Below, in pieces: positions 29,051 to 42,870 of a stretch of 64,000 nt of DNA. The notes beneath the pieces are model-generated. The model was not told the DNA's origin, searched no databases, and saw only the letters and a list, made by a program, of their open reading frames with translations. This DNA comes from Nitrospirales bacterium (GTDB lineage Bacteria; Nitrospirota; Nitrospiria; Nitrospirales; UBA8639). Position 1 is the stretch's first letter, and every line of letters starts with the position of its first letter. The DNA lies in assembly GCA_965203295.1 (NCBI GenBank), contig CBDBCZ010000009.1, positions 1-64,000 of the forward strand, in the 5' to 3' direction. Position numbers and translations under genes: made by a program.

Positions 29051-29999
29051 TCTACTGGAGGGGGCAGGCAGCTATTTGTCTTCGTGACCCTAGAAACTGC
29101 AATACATATCATTGTCCTTGGTGATAATTTGTAGTTCAACATCATGGAGTACGGTACTACTCCATATGTAGGGATGGCCCTGGCCTCCCCATTAATTAAA
29201 ATGACATGTTTAGTACTCTGCTGTAGGTGTAGTCTAGGACTAATATGAAGCCTATGTACCACTTATTTTCAAGCGTTGTCGTCACTAACCAGGCTGTTAG
29301 CACTGCTAAAGAACATCTCTGAAGTACCAAAGCGGCGAGAGGTTAAAACCGCCGAATGGTCTATCTTCATCTTAGTCAGATAATCCTTAATTCAGTCACA
29401 CTAGCACCATAATGAGTGAAGTGATTAAAAAGACTCCAATACGAACGGGCATGATTGACCCTCAGGTAGTGCCTTTCGAGCATAGCGTTTTCAAAGAACT
29501 CGAATCAGTTTAGTAGTAACAAGGAGCACTCTCGAGTGGACACTTGCCACTTACAGGCCATTTTATGGTAAGATGGACTGCCTGCCAGCACGTGTTGGTC
29601 TAGTTAAAGCCTACCTTCGATCGTGCATGAAAGCAAGGTTTATACATTTATGAAGAAGAGGGCCCAGAATAAGCATTGTACATTCAAAACCGACAAAGTA
29701 TAAAAGCAGCTGCTAGAGTAACTTCCTGCGCTAGGAGTAGTATTGACCCTGGCAAGAAGTGGGCAGCCTCACATGCCAGTTACATAGCTGACCTTAACAA
29801 GAGACCTTCCCCCCCTCCCCCTCCCCCCCCCCCATGCACATGCAGGCGAAGGCCTTCCTGATGCTGACTGGAGTACAAATCGAAACCTATACTACACACA
29901 TCCTCAAACACATTCCATTCCAATACCATCTACTGCACACATTTACACCTACGCATTTGTTACCACTTCCCAATAAAACACCCAAAACAAGTTACAGAA

Positions 30000-30879
30000 A
30001 AAGCACTTTGCCAAAAAGTGCAAAAACAAGTCATGTAGGGATGGACTCTCACCAAAAAACAGTTCCCCAAAAACCAATGAAACAAGCGACAATGCACATC
30101 GCAATGCATGCACAGACAACCCACACATCACGGCGCAATGCGTAGCTACCATCCCTACATCTTTCCAACCACACCCACCACAATCCGTACCTTGCCCCCA
30201 TACTTAACTGCACACCCAATACTTCCTTCAACACACACAACCATCCACAATAATCACTATCATATATATACCACCCTTACATCCTTATCTGCAATCATTA
30301 CATAGCTACATCATAAAACACAGCACCCCACACTACAGCCAACCCAAACCTTCACAAGAACGCTAGCTACTCCCATCAAAATTCACTTCGCCCCACGAAT
30401 CCCACATTCACAAGCACAAACCAAGTAGAGCAATTCCTCACAACATCAACCACCATACAACACACTCAACAAAGTTGACAACACTCAATCTATACTTTAC
30501 CAAACACAACCACATAGACTTCCCCTACAAAGAACCTGCACACAAACACTCACAAAACTTCATCACACTCAACAACCAAACACAACCAAAGTCCCTATAC
30601 AAACATGACTCCACCCTCAATGACTCACTAGTCCAACATGTACACCATGGACACTTTCAGCTACCCTCCACAACTTCCAACATACTCAATACACGCACAC
30701 CAAATTACACTACCACTATACACATCTCACATATACGCGATTGTGGTGGGTGTGGTTGGAAAGATGTAGGGATGGTAGCTACGCATTGCGCTGTGATGTG
30801 TGTGTTGTCTGTGCATGCATTGCGATGTGCATTGTCGCTTGTTTCATTGGTTTTTGGGGAACTGTTTTTTAGTGAGAGT
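30000..30879. mobile_element. Foldback-like element with 141-bp inverted arms and C/A-rich interior
   Basis: 30045-30185 is the near-exact reverse complement of 30739-30879; a second copy lies at 53731-54318. Confidence 0.7.
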
Positions 30880-31737
30880 TAAATTAGGTCTACAATGTAC
30901 ACACATCTGATAAACATACTTATAGCTTGTTTATGGGCTGTGAGATGTTTATGGAATGGCAAAGACTTATATGCAGTTGTTCAGAATTATATGAGGAATG
31001 TGAAATCAACATGGTATTGGCCTCAGTTTTCCAGTTTGAACAGCTTTGAGTCATTGGTGTAGGTAAGCAGTATAAGTTTGACATAATCGGGTGATTTCCC
31101 TGATGTTAGTTGCAGAAACAGTTGCTCTGATGCTGGAAAACCTATAATATACGTGGGTGGTAACTGTTCTTGGAATCTCTCTTCTTTGACAGACCGATGA
31201 ATTATATTATGAGTTGAAACACATGATTTTTTTTTCAAAATGGAATTGAAACACGTAATCAGCTATGCACAAAACTGGTCAGAGTTTCAATATGATGAAC
31301 GCTGTGATAGACACACAAAATTCCAAGTTGACTCACTAGTGTGGGGCTCACCCCATGGCCCAATAGAATTGCTATGAAATTTACAAAAATAAATATATAT
31401 AGGATAGACCACTTCACAGAGAAGGACATGCGCCCATACATCCTCCGTAGATGGTTTACCTGTGGTGCAGCTGAGGGATAAAATCATATCAAAGGAGGGC
31501 AAACATCCTCCAATGGAGTTTGGTCTATCTGACTTATGCCACTATACTGTGCATGTGGGTAATTATCCTTAAGTAGTTCCGGGTTATGTAACTAAGTTAT
31601 AACAGTAGCTAGGATGTGCGCTTATATATCCAACTAATCTTGTCCAATGAAATATAACGTAATGTAGAATAATTTGGAATGTCCCCTTAGCAATTAGTAG
31701 CCAGGAAAGCAGAGAGAGGCCAGACTACACTGTACTG

Positions 31738-31950
31738 AGGAGCTCTTCAACTGGGACGGAGGTCTCAAGCTTCCACACTCACGGAACGGACTATCCAGCT
31801 TCCTGACTGCTTGATGGCAAGATTGAGGAGATTGAGGAGATTGGGGGGAGGGGCTAGTTCTAGTCGACGCCGGCCCTATCATGGCATCTGGTGATGTGTA
31901 CCGATGTGTGCGGCTATAAGAAATCATAGCCAATGCCGGCTCATCTTTAA
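31738..31950 (+). mobile_element. Probable Penelope-like 3' end fragment
   Basis: EELFNWDGGLKLPHS resembles the PLE C-terminal FNRDGGLELP motif, followed by a G-rich stretch and GCTATAA. It interrupts a dispersed repeat after AGACTACACTGTACT. Confidence 0.5.
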
Positions 31951-33323
31951 TTCAACCCTACTTGAAACTGAGGTGTTGGTTGGTGGTGTTTGGGTGTTGA
32001 AAATGACAAGTGTGTTGTATAGGAGCCCCACTAGCTAAAATGTCTGTTAACACCTGTCGTTCATTTCAATTGCTTTATTGAACGTGCTCAGTGGGTTTAA
32101 GTGGCCTTCAATTAAGAAATACACTCAATGTTTGGAGTATAAGCAACTTGGGAATAGGAATACATTAGTAACATCACAATGACATCACAAAAACAGTTTG
32201 CAAGTAGCAGAGACTACACTGTAAAGAAAACAAAAAACAGACCATAGTATAGTCAGGCATAAGTGAAAGAAAGTAGCAAATACCACAGGATAGAGGGAGA
32301 ACATGCAGACTCATTACTGAGCGACATCAGAAACAAGACTCATAAGTTTCATGCACACTTGACACGGATATTGGTAACATGGTATATTGGCTACATCAAC
32401 CATGTCACTCAAACTCACCCAATTGCATTCACATAGTATACAACAACCTGAGAGCATGATTACTCCAATGTATTATGACTCAGCATACTACCTGTGCAGG
32501 CTACATGCCCACTCAGAGCCATGTGTGCAGGGGTGGCCTAGAAAAGAAAGTACCTGTTTAGCTTAATAGGAAATTCAAGCCTAAGCAATAGCAAAGGCTA
32601 TCTCATGGAGATTGTAAACTCTGCATCAAGATGGACTTGTTCTTGAGGTCAATTCAATCTGTACAGCTTGCTCTTACATTCTCTGAACTTACCTATTGAA
32701 TACAAGTACACCTGTACCTTGTTCTCATTTCAGTTCACATGGTAGCTAACCTGGTGTTGCCATTGCTGTTACAGCCATCTTATCCTCAGCTGATCACGTA
32801 ACTCCCAATGTGCCTGTATTGGCTGGTAGTAATAGTACAGTCAAGTGAGTGTATTATTCGTTGAGGAGCATGCACAATGTGCATGGAATATGCTGTGTGA
32901 GCAATTTGGAAAACTTATGTTAGCTGTAGTTGCATCGGCATCATCAAAAGTGCACGAGTAGAATAAATTTCGAAAATTAGCTTCGTGTGGACAATTGTAT
33001 GTAGACAGTTTTGTTTTATGTGTTTCTGTGAGGTAGAAGTTTCTCAGGATGGGGAGGAAGCTGAAGGTGATGTAGCTATAGCCGACAATGTGACTGCAAG
33101 TGGCTATGATCAGCTATATAATCAATACCCAAGAATTGAAGGGCTGAGAATCAGGCTGGTCTAACCCAAGAAATCTAACTTACCCCTCCCTAATCTGTGT
33201 GTACTTTTTCAAGATGTTTTAATTGTACACTGTAAAAAAATTGACTACAGAGTGGTTGCAGAATTACAGATTTTAGCGTTTGTAGGTACATAGAAGCTAG
33301 GCCTCAAAGTGATCGTGATTAGC

Positions 33324-33428
33324 TAGTCTAGCTAGCTATCCCCAACTTCTACCCACCTAATGATCGCTTGCCGAGATCCTGCAAGCGATCCCTAGGTGGG
33401 TAGAAGTTGTGGATAGCTAGCTAGACTA
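33324..33428. mobile_element. 105-bp hairpin MITE with 9-bp TSD GTGATTAGC
   Basis: TAGTCTAGCTAGCTATCC...GGATAGCTAGCTAGACTA, near-complete palindrome; TSD at 33315-33323 and 33429-33437. Confidence 0.9.
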
Positions 33429-33481
33429 GTGATTAGCTACTCACTATTGCATTTCTAACAAACTATGTACAAATACAACAT

Positions 33482-33879
33482 GATACTGCTGATACTCAGT
33501 ACTCTACTAGGAAACAGAATCTGCTTATCTGCTTTTCTCAAAAAAAATTGTCATTCCCTAGCAACTGGTTGCATTGTTGCCATGGCAACACCATATGTCC
33601 ATTCAGCAGAAAGCAACGACAATTACCTTTACTGCAACCTTTGTGGCATTCCTGGGGATGGTAATCTACCACATGGTCCAGCAGATCAAAGTAGCTCCGC
33701 AGTGGTGGAGGAGGTTATACTCCCATCATAAGGTTACAATTAGCTACAACCCTGATTGACTAGCAGTTGCACACTCTGAACCCCAGGACAGAGCCCTATC
33801 AAGACCATCCACTGCACAGTTTGTAACTGTAGCATACAATGATATTGTTTGGGCACAGCTTGCAGAATCACACGCGTAG
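33482..33879 (+). pseudogene. 3' remnant of a paralog of the 34785-40711 gene
   Basis: ILLILSTLLGNRI, CIVAMATPYV, FLGMVIYHMVQQIKVAPQ and AQLAESH* match 40302-40711 with frameshifts. The 3' flank 33880-34590 matches 40712-41590. Confidence 0.9.
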
Positions 33880-34784
33880 ACAAACTTATTAACAAATATT
33901 ATAGCGCCACTAAAAATTATCGAGACTGACAATCACTCGTGTGACTTATCAGTAGGGCTGATTGTGTGCTCCTAGGTCATACCCATGTATGCAGGCATTA
34001 CTCACATGGTATCCTCAGACTATAATCTAATGCCGTAACTTTCAGTTTATCATAAAACACACAGCAGTAACTATATCATGAAGCTTATGTGACCCCACTC
34101 TGTAAATCGTACCTCACTTAAAAATTAAATTTTGAAAAGGGTAGGAAAAATATTATTTATTATGACCATCATTGCAACCAAATTATTGGTATGCTGAAAG
34201 ACATTGAAAGCTAAACTCACTTATTTAGTTCATTTTCTTTAGAGTGAGGTCAAAGGATACAGCAGAGATCCAAAAACAAATTTCTTGTGTATGGCTGAAG
34301 ATAAATAAATGTTTTGATTATAGCCATTACTGTATGCATATAAAGTGTGGCATCCTGTCCAGATCAGAAATCAAAAACAATGAACCTTATTTAGTATCGG
34401 GCTAGTTCATAGCACAGTCATTATAAGTGTTCCAGGTCCTTTAGTTCTAGGACTATAGGACAGGAGACTGAAGCCTATCCCGGATATTGCGATTGTGTGT
34501 AAGTCATTGTGAATAATTTGCATGAATGAGCAAAGATGGTACATTAGTAAGATTATAGTGTACATTGTAGCAATATTTTCTTGACTGAGAAATGCATTAT
34601 TCAGTGCATAGAAGTATGACTGACAGCTGCATTGATACCTAGTGTGTGTTAAATACCAGCTAAGAAATCCCAGCTTATATGTGTAGTAAATTTCAGTGAA
34701 TGGTTTATTATTACAGAATATTACTTATCGAACAACACTAGAACAAGTATTCTGAAATTCTTCAAGTACTGTACAGTCAGACTG

Positions 34785-37700
34785 ATGAACTGGAGTCCCA
34801 TAATGCTGATCTGGCAGAAGCTGTCACTGTTATATGTGCTCTACTGCTTGCCTTCCTGTTCTACTGACAACACCTACTACGTCACACCCACATCCGACAC
34901 ACCATGTCCTGGAGAGCCCTGCCACACCCTCTCCCAGTATGCTGAGCAGGACTTCAAGAATTTCAGCTCAAGCACAACACTGTTGTTCCTTTCCGGTGAT
35001 CACACTCTCCACCACACCATCTCATTTGGTCTCAATGTTGATCTATCTGATTGGAGGAGTTCAACTCATCATCACAACCCCAACCATTCCCTCACCCTGC
35101 TTGGAGACCCCTCCTCCCCTCCAGAGGCCACCAGTAGGATTGTATGTACCTGGTCAGCAGGCTTTTCTTTCTCTGGCATCACTGAACTGCACATCACTGC
35201 ACTGGCCTTCAGCTCATGTGGACATGGTCCAGCAGTGAGCATATGGTCAGTGTTGAATGCCAGCATCGTAAACAGTACCTTTCAGAACAATTTCAGCTGG
35301 CAATGGCAAGATGGCAGACACAGTGATGAGGAAGGGGTTATATCTACTCTTAACAGTACTCTTACCATTACAGGATGCACAATTCAGAACAATGGTGGTT
35401 ACCACCGAAGAGCTCTTCTTGTTGAAAGCAGCATCCTCACCCTTACAAGATGCATGATTCAAAACAATGACGGAGGAGCTCTGTTTGCTATGGACAGCAT
35501 TCTCACCCTTATAGAAAACATATTCCAGAACAACACTGCAGATTGTGGAGGTGCTCTTTATATACACAAAAACAATATCTTGATATTCGCATATAATACA
35601 TTCCAGAACAACTCAGCTACCTCTACTGGGGGCAGTGTTTGTGTAGAAGTAAACAACACACTTCTGTTTACTAAAAATGTGTTTAAGAACAATCTGGCAA
35701 AGTTCCATGGAGGTGCTCTCTGGGCATTGGATAATAACACCCTCATATTTGCAGAGAACGTGTTTCAGGATAATTTGGCTATTCAGGGTGCTGGAGGTAG
35801 TCTTTATGTAATCCAAGAAAACACTCTCATCCTTACAAGGAATGCATTCCAGGAAATTTGGCTAGTTTTGGAGGTGTCCTTTCTGTGAATACCAACAACG
35901 TTGTCACTCTTACAGGAAACATATTCCAGAATAACTCAGCTAACCTTTCTGGTGGTGTGCTACATGTACATACAAACAACACCCTCACCCTCACGGGAAA
36001 CACATTTGTTAACAACTCCGCTAACATAGAGTCTGGTGGTGTGCTATTAGTATCCACAAACAACACTCTCACTCTTACAGGAAACACATTTCAGAACAAC
36101 TCAGCTAATGATGCTGGGGGTGCTCTTATTGTACGCCACAATATCACCCTCATACTGAAAAACAACACTTTTCAGAAAAACATAGCAAATGTTGGTGGTG
36201 TTCTTTATGTAAACAACAGCAATGTTGTAGTCACAGAGAATACATTTCAGCACAACTCTGCTTATAGCAGTGGAGGTGTACTATACATTTACCACAACAG
36301 TGCCATCACCATCATAAAGAACACATTTCAGGACAATTATGCTGACTTTTCTGGAGGTTGTTTTGCCTCAATCCAAAACATTACACTTGTATTCACAGAG
36401 AACACATTTCAGCACAACTCTGCTAAAAACAGTGGAGGTGTGGTATCCATTGCCCACAACAGTACGATCACCATTGTGATGAACACATTTCAGGACAATT
36501 ATGCAGGCTTATCTGGAGGTTGTTTTATGTCATTTCAAAACAATACACTTGCATTCACAGAGAACACATTTCAGCGCAACTCTGCTAATGCCACTGGAGG
36601 TGTGATATACATTTACAACAACAGTGCCATCACCATTATGAAGAACACATTTCAGGACAATTATGCTGGCTCCCATGGAGGTTGTTTTATCTCAATTCGA
36701 AACAATACACTTGCATTCACAGGAAACACATTTCAGAACAACTCAGCTAATGAAGCTGGAGGTGCTCTTGTTGTACGCCACAATATTATCACCCTGATAC
36801 TGAAAAACAACACTTTTCAGAACAATATGGCAAATGTTGGTGGTGCTCTTTATGTAAACAGCAGCAATGTTATAGTCACAGAGAATACATTTCAGCACAA
36901 CTCTGCTAACACTAGTGGAGGTGTACTATACATTTACCACAACAGTGCCATCGCCATTATGAAGAACACACTTCAGGACAATTATGCTCACCTATCTGGA
37001 GGTTGTTTTGCCTCAGTCCAAAACAATACACTTGTATTTACAGAGAACGCATTTCAGCACAACTCTGCTAAAAACAGTGGGGGTGTGGTATTCATTTCCC
37101 ACAACAGTACAATCACCGTTGTGAAGAACACATTTCAGGACAATTATGCAGGCTCATGTGGAAGTTGTTTGACCTCAATTCAAAACAATACACTTGCATT
37201 CACAGAGAACACATTTCAGCACAACTCTGTTAATGACTCTGGAGGTGTGATATACATTTACCACAACAGTTCCATTACCATTATGAAAAACACATTTCAG
37301 AACAATTATGCTGGCTCAACTGGAGGTTGTTTTACCTCAGTCCAAAACAATACACTTGCATTCACAGAGAACACATTTCAGAATAACTCAGCTAATGTTG
37401 CTGGAGGTGCTGTTATCGTAAGCCACAATAATATTACAGTCATACTGAAAAACAACACTTTTCTGAACAATATGGCTAATGTTGGTGGTGCTCTTTACGT
37501 CAACAGCAGCAATGTTATAGTCACAGAGAATGTATTTCAGCACAACTCTGCTAACACCACTGGAGGTGTACTATACATTTCCCACAACAGTGCCATCGCC
37601 ATTTTAAAGAACACATTTCAGGACAATTATGCTGGCTTTTCTGGAGGTTGTTTTACCTCAATTCAAAACAATACCCTTGCATTCACAGAGAACACACTTC

Positions 37701-40700
37701 AGCACAACTCTGCTAAAAACAGTGGAGGTGTGATATACATTTCCCACAACAGTACCATCACCATTATGAAGAACACATTTCAGGACAATTATGCTGGCTT
37801 CTATGGAGGCTGTCTTATTTCATTTATGAACAATACAATTACATTCACAGAGAATATATTTCTAAACCATACAGCTAGGTTTGGAGGTGTGCTTGCAGTC
37901 TATCAAAACAGCACACTTACTATCATGGGGAACAATTTTCATGACAATGTTGCTCTAAATGGAGGAGTACTGTACACACATCAAAGCATTATAGAGTTAA
38001 TAAATAACAATTTTTCAAAAAACACAGCACAATTGATGAGTGCGGTCGTTTTTTGCATTGCCAGCAGTAACCTCAGCATACAGAGTCAGCACAGGCTTTG
38101 GAATAATACAGCTCGATATGGTGGAGGGGTGGCTGCAATAGATTGCCAGGTAACACTGGCTGGTAATACATCATTTGAGAACAACACTGCCACGTATGGT
38201 GGAGGACTGTATGCTGATGGTTCACATTTACACATCAGTGGATGGACCAACTTCATTAATAATTTAGCTACTAAAGATGGAGGTGGAGCATACGCATCAA
38301 GGAGTGCATTAAGCACTAAACAAGGATTCACTTTCCAAGATAATTCTGCTCTGAACAATGGTGGTGGAATGATGCTTACTGGAGGTTCTAAGATATACCT
38401 CCAACCAAACTCATACTTTAACTTCACCAGTAATTCTGCTAAGCAAAAAGGAGGTGCACTCATGATCCAGGAGAGTAATTCTTTCAGTTTCTGTGCTGAA
38501 CTGTCCTGTGAGTTTTTAACTGGAACCGATTGCTTCTTTCAAATTCAAACTCAGGCTAATTATGATACTCACACTACTATCTCAGACATTGCTGAACTAC
38601 ACAATATCCGGCTTTATTTTAGAAATAACACTGCTTTGGAGGCAGGAGCCACCTTGTATGGCAGCTCCGTTGATTATTGTAGTCTTACGTTTGTTAATCA
38701 ACGCAGTCAATTGTCTGACAGCAATAATCCCTTTTTGTGTCCCATCAGTGGAAAGGTATTCGACTACATAACAAGTTATGCATCTCTGGATATATCATCG
38801 GATCCATTGTATATCTGCACATGCAATGATAACGAAACAGTTTGCTCCAATTCTGCCAGCAATATGACAGTGTATCCAGGTGGTATTATTAGTGTTCCTG
38901 TACTAGCACATGGACAGAGAAATAGGCCTACTTCTGCTGTAATACACAACTGTACACCCAAGGGCAATTTATCCTTTAATGGCCTTGAAATCACTCAGAA
39001 TATTGCAGCTAGATGCACTTCCCTCAAGTACACTGTGCACACACGTGCTGAAGATACGTTTCAGCAAGTAAGGTTATGTGCAGAAGGTCCATGCCCACCC
39101 AGAGAAGGATCAACTCTTGTTACACTGACGAATGTTCTCACCATTCATTTCAAAGTTGTTCCGTGTCCTCCTGGATTTGAACTCTCAGACATTCACCCTA
39201 CTTGCACTTGTATGCAAAGACTTCGACCATTCACAAATGATTGTCGAATAAATGACAGAACAATAAAGCGTGACAGTGAGTTCTGGATGGGCTACACAGA
39301 TGATGATGACTCTAAAGGGATAATTCTTCATTCTCACTGCCCTTTTGATTATTGTTCATCCAACACAATGTACCTGGCAGTTGACAACAGTGACAAACAG
39401 TGCAGTAACAACAGATCTGGCCTACTGTGTGGAAAGTGTTCTCATAACTTCAGTCTTGCACTGGGCAGTTCCCGCTGCTTGCAGTGCTCTGACAATTACC
39501 TGTGGCTCTTAGTAGCCTTTGCTGTTGCTGGGCTGCTGCTGGTCTTGCTACTGTTGATACTGAATCTCACAGTAGCTGTCGGGACCATCAATGGGCTGGT
39601 GTTCTATGCCAATGTCTTAGCACTGAACTCAGCAACATTTCTCCAGCCCCACACCACTAATATTCTGACAGTGTTCATAGCATGGATAAACCTGGACTTA
39701 GGCATTGAGACATGCTTCTATGAAGGCATGGACACATATGCTAAAACATGCCTTCAGTTTGTGTTTCCACTTTATGTGTGGAGTCTGGTAGTGGTGATAA
39801 TAATTGTCAGTCGCTACTCCATAAGGATATCAGCGATCCTTAGCAACAGCACTGTAGCAGTCCTAGCAACACTCATATTGTTATCATATACCAAAATTCT
39901 CCGTACAATTATTGCAGCACTTTCTTATACACTTCTGGAGTACCCTAACAACTTGCAGGTTGCTGTGTGGCTTTTAGACTGGAACATCGGATACCTGAGC
40001 TCTAAGCATATCTCACTCTTCATAACTGCTCTGTGTTTTCTTATCTTCCTGTTCCTCCCCTACACACTGGTCTTATTGTTTGGCCAGTGGACACGAAAGT
40101 CAACATTGAAGATATTCTCTCTAATTAACAATTACAGAATCCTGTTCTTTCTGGAAGCTTATCATGCACCCTACACTGACAAACACCGCTACTGGACTGG
40201 ACTGATGCTCACACTTCGATGCCTCCTATTTCTTGTCTTTGCCTACAATACTTTTGGTGATCCAAGTATCAACCTTTTGTGCACTGGTACAGCCTCTGCA
40301 GTATTGCTGATAATCAGTACTCTACTAGGAAATAGGATCTATAAGACTTTTTTTCTCAATATCCTGGAATTGTCATTCAATAGTAACCTTTGCATTGTTG
40401 CTATGGCAACAACGTATGTTCGTTCAGCAGGAGGCAACCAGAATGCAGTTACCTTCACCTCTATCAGTGCAGCCTTTGTGACATTCCTGGGGACTGTCAT
40501 CTACCACTTGGTTCAGCAGATCAAAGCAGCTCCACAGAGGTGGAAGAGGCTACACCCATCACGAGATTACAGCCTTGACCGACTACATGTAGCAGCTGCA
40601 GACCCTGAACCCCAGGACAGAGCCCTATCAAGAACGGCACAATTTGCAACTGTAGCGTACATCAACATCAATGACATTGTTCGGGCACAGCTTGCAGAAT

Positions 40701-40711
40701 CGCATCCATAG
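34785..40711 (+). CDS. Large single-exon membrane protein: signal peptide, Pmp-like/parallel beta-helix repeats, Cys-rich stalk, multi-pass (~7+) TM domain; one frameshift at ~35855
   Basis: ORF 34785-35888 has a hydrophobic N-terminus and YYVTP..CPGEPCHTLSQY. ORF 35858-40711 shares its FQxNxA..GG repeats. It continues CPPGF..CPFDYC..NRSGLLCGKC, then hydrophobic helices (GTINGLVFYAN, FIAWINLDLGIETCFY, APYTDKHRYWTGL). Adding one A at 35854-35856 gives a single ~1975-aa ORF. May be a pseudogene. Confidence 0.85.
36080..37850 (+). repeat. Coding higher-order repeat: 27-aa units grouped in 214/215-aa blocks
   Basis: Blocks start at 36080, 36722 and 37367 (offsets 642 and 645 bp), each beginning xNTFQNNSANxAGGA. 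Confidence 0.9.
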
Positions 40712-42870
40712 ACAAACTTATCATCAAATACAGCACCACTAAATATTATTGAGACTAACAATCACTTGACAATGTGTGACTGATCAGTAAGGTTGATTGT
40801 ATGCTCCTGGCCTGTACCCATGTATGCAGGGTTTATGTATTCTCAAACTATAGTCTAAACAGCATTTTCTTCATTGTCCACACAGCTGTGATTATATCAT
40901 GAGGCAGACTTAGCTATGTTTTATTCATACAAAAATGAATTCAGGAATGTATTATGACCAACATTGCATGCAATGACATTAAGTCACTGAAAACTAAACT
41001 CAGTTAGTTAGCCAATTTTCTTAATGTGTGAGGCTAGAGTGAGGACACAGCAGGGATAGTTCGTGCCAGGTGACTAATTAAAGTTCTATGGTGAGTTGGT
41101 AATACACTAGGAAAACCCCTCCAGAGAATTCCTATAACGGTAGTGCCATCATTTGACATTTGAATGCTGTGATTTGCAAGCCAAAGAAATAATATGTGTT
41201 GCAGTTTTAGTGTTTTTTCAACAATCCAAAAGGATGATAAAACAGTGTCAGACCTTGAGCTGAGATAGACAAAATTCATGCATATGGCTGAAGATGTATT
41301 AACTTTTGTTAATGACAAATACTGTATGCATACGGTATGGCATCCTGTCCAGATTGGAAATCAACATCTAATTGCAATTGAGTTTTGAAAATAATTGGCT
41401 CATTGATAGCACAGTTCTCTGAAAAACTAGTAATTTAAACTGCTTCCTTTAGTTGTAGGACTATATAGGGAAGTCAGGAGGAAACTAATTTCTAAGATAT
41501 TAAGCTTTCGTGTAAGTTAATTTGCATGAATGTACAAAAGTAACATGTTTGTCAGAGTATAGTGTACATGGTAGTAGTATTTTCCTGAATGCATATTCTT
41601 GTTTTCACATTTGAGAATACCTGGGACTGAGTTGTAGCTAAGCAGAAAGCGACAACTCACTTGTACTTGGTCTAGCTAATTAAGAATGTGTGTGTGTGTG
41701 TGTATGTGAGGGGGCGGGAAGAGAAGACATATCAGTTCATTCCATACTGGTAATGAGTTTGAATGATGGGGAGAAGAGGGGGAGGAGTACATTAAATGGA
41801 GGTCTGGGGATGGGAATTAAGGAATAAGATATTCTCATCAGGTAGCAGCTAGCTAAATTAGGTTACGGTGCTAAAATACTATGACTGGAGGTGACGTTCT
41901 ACACACTCCATTGTCACATAATTACTGTAATATACTCATATTGCGACCGAAGTGCTTACACCATTGACCACGCAACTGTATAAGAAGGCAGAGTTTGTAC
42001 GATCATCAGACAGAAAACAAGAGCAACCGCGTTTCACCATCCTGATCTCCACATAATTTATTCTTAGTATTAATAATACAAAATCCTTAGTTTTAATCCC
42101 CAAATAACTTACACTGCCTATCATCATTTCAACTTTACCCTTATGTCTTCCTGACTCTTCATTAGTACCCGGCCTAAACTTAGCATTAGAGACTTATGAC
42201 AGACTAAGTTTAACTTTACTATTAAAGACATCATGCAGTAAGCCTTTATAATATCCATATTTCAATGTCTCATCTATTATCCCTATTACAAATTTACATT
42301 GTAATCTTCAGCTAATATTTTCCTCACTCCCTAGCTAGATTTAACTGCACCAACAGCTACTTGGAATTACACATAAATTAATAACCGTCACATGAGGTAC
42401 TATATACATACCTTATGGGCATGTCTAATGTACAGGCAATAAGAGGTTTGGTGCGGTTGAATCTGAAGGGTAGGGTCAACCACACAACAGTCCCATTGCT
42501 CATTTTTGGTAACAATTGAAACTTTGTTTCTGTGACTGTCCTCACAGTACATTAGGTTGGTTGTGCACTGATTGCTTCCAAGCTCAATTTGGTATAACTG
42601 GGGCCTAGACATAATTAGAGAATATTGTGCTACCAGTGTACTAATAGTGAGCAAAACCAATGAAATATTATAACTATAAGTTGTGAAAATTTAGCACAGG
42701 ATTGATTGGTGCACAACTTTGTTGCTTGCATAATTAAATAATAAGCTTATAATCTACAAGAGAAACAACTACACCAATTAAAACAGTCCTAAAATTAATA
42801 GTGACCCCCATGCATACATAATTAGCTGAACTAAAAATGACCTTTTTAAGCCTTGCAAGGGGTCCTGTTC

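Noticed and set aside
31023..31502. Short minus-strand ORFs as exons of a gene
   Set aside because: No recognisable motif or supportable splice structure.
33576..33589. Perfect X-box palindrome GTTGCCATGGCAAC
   Set aside because: Explained by the codons for VAMAT in the pseudogene remnant.
35858..40711. Bacterial (chlamydial) Pmp gene or contamination
   Set aside because: The C-terminus is alpha-helical multi-pass, not an autotransporter barrel, and the gene is embedded among eukaryotic repeats with a local paralog remnant.
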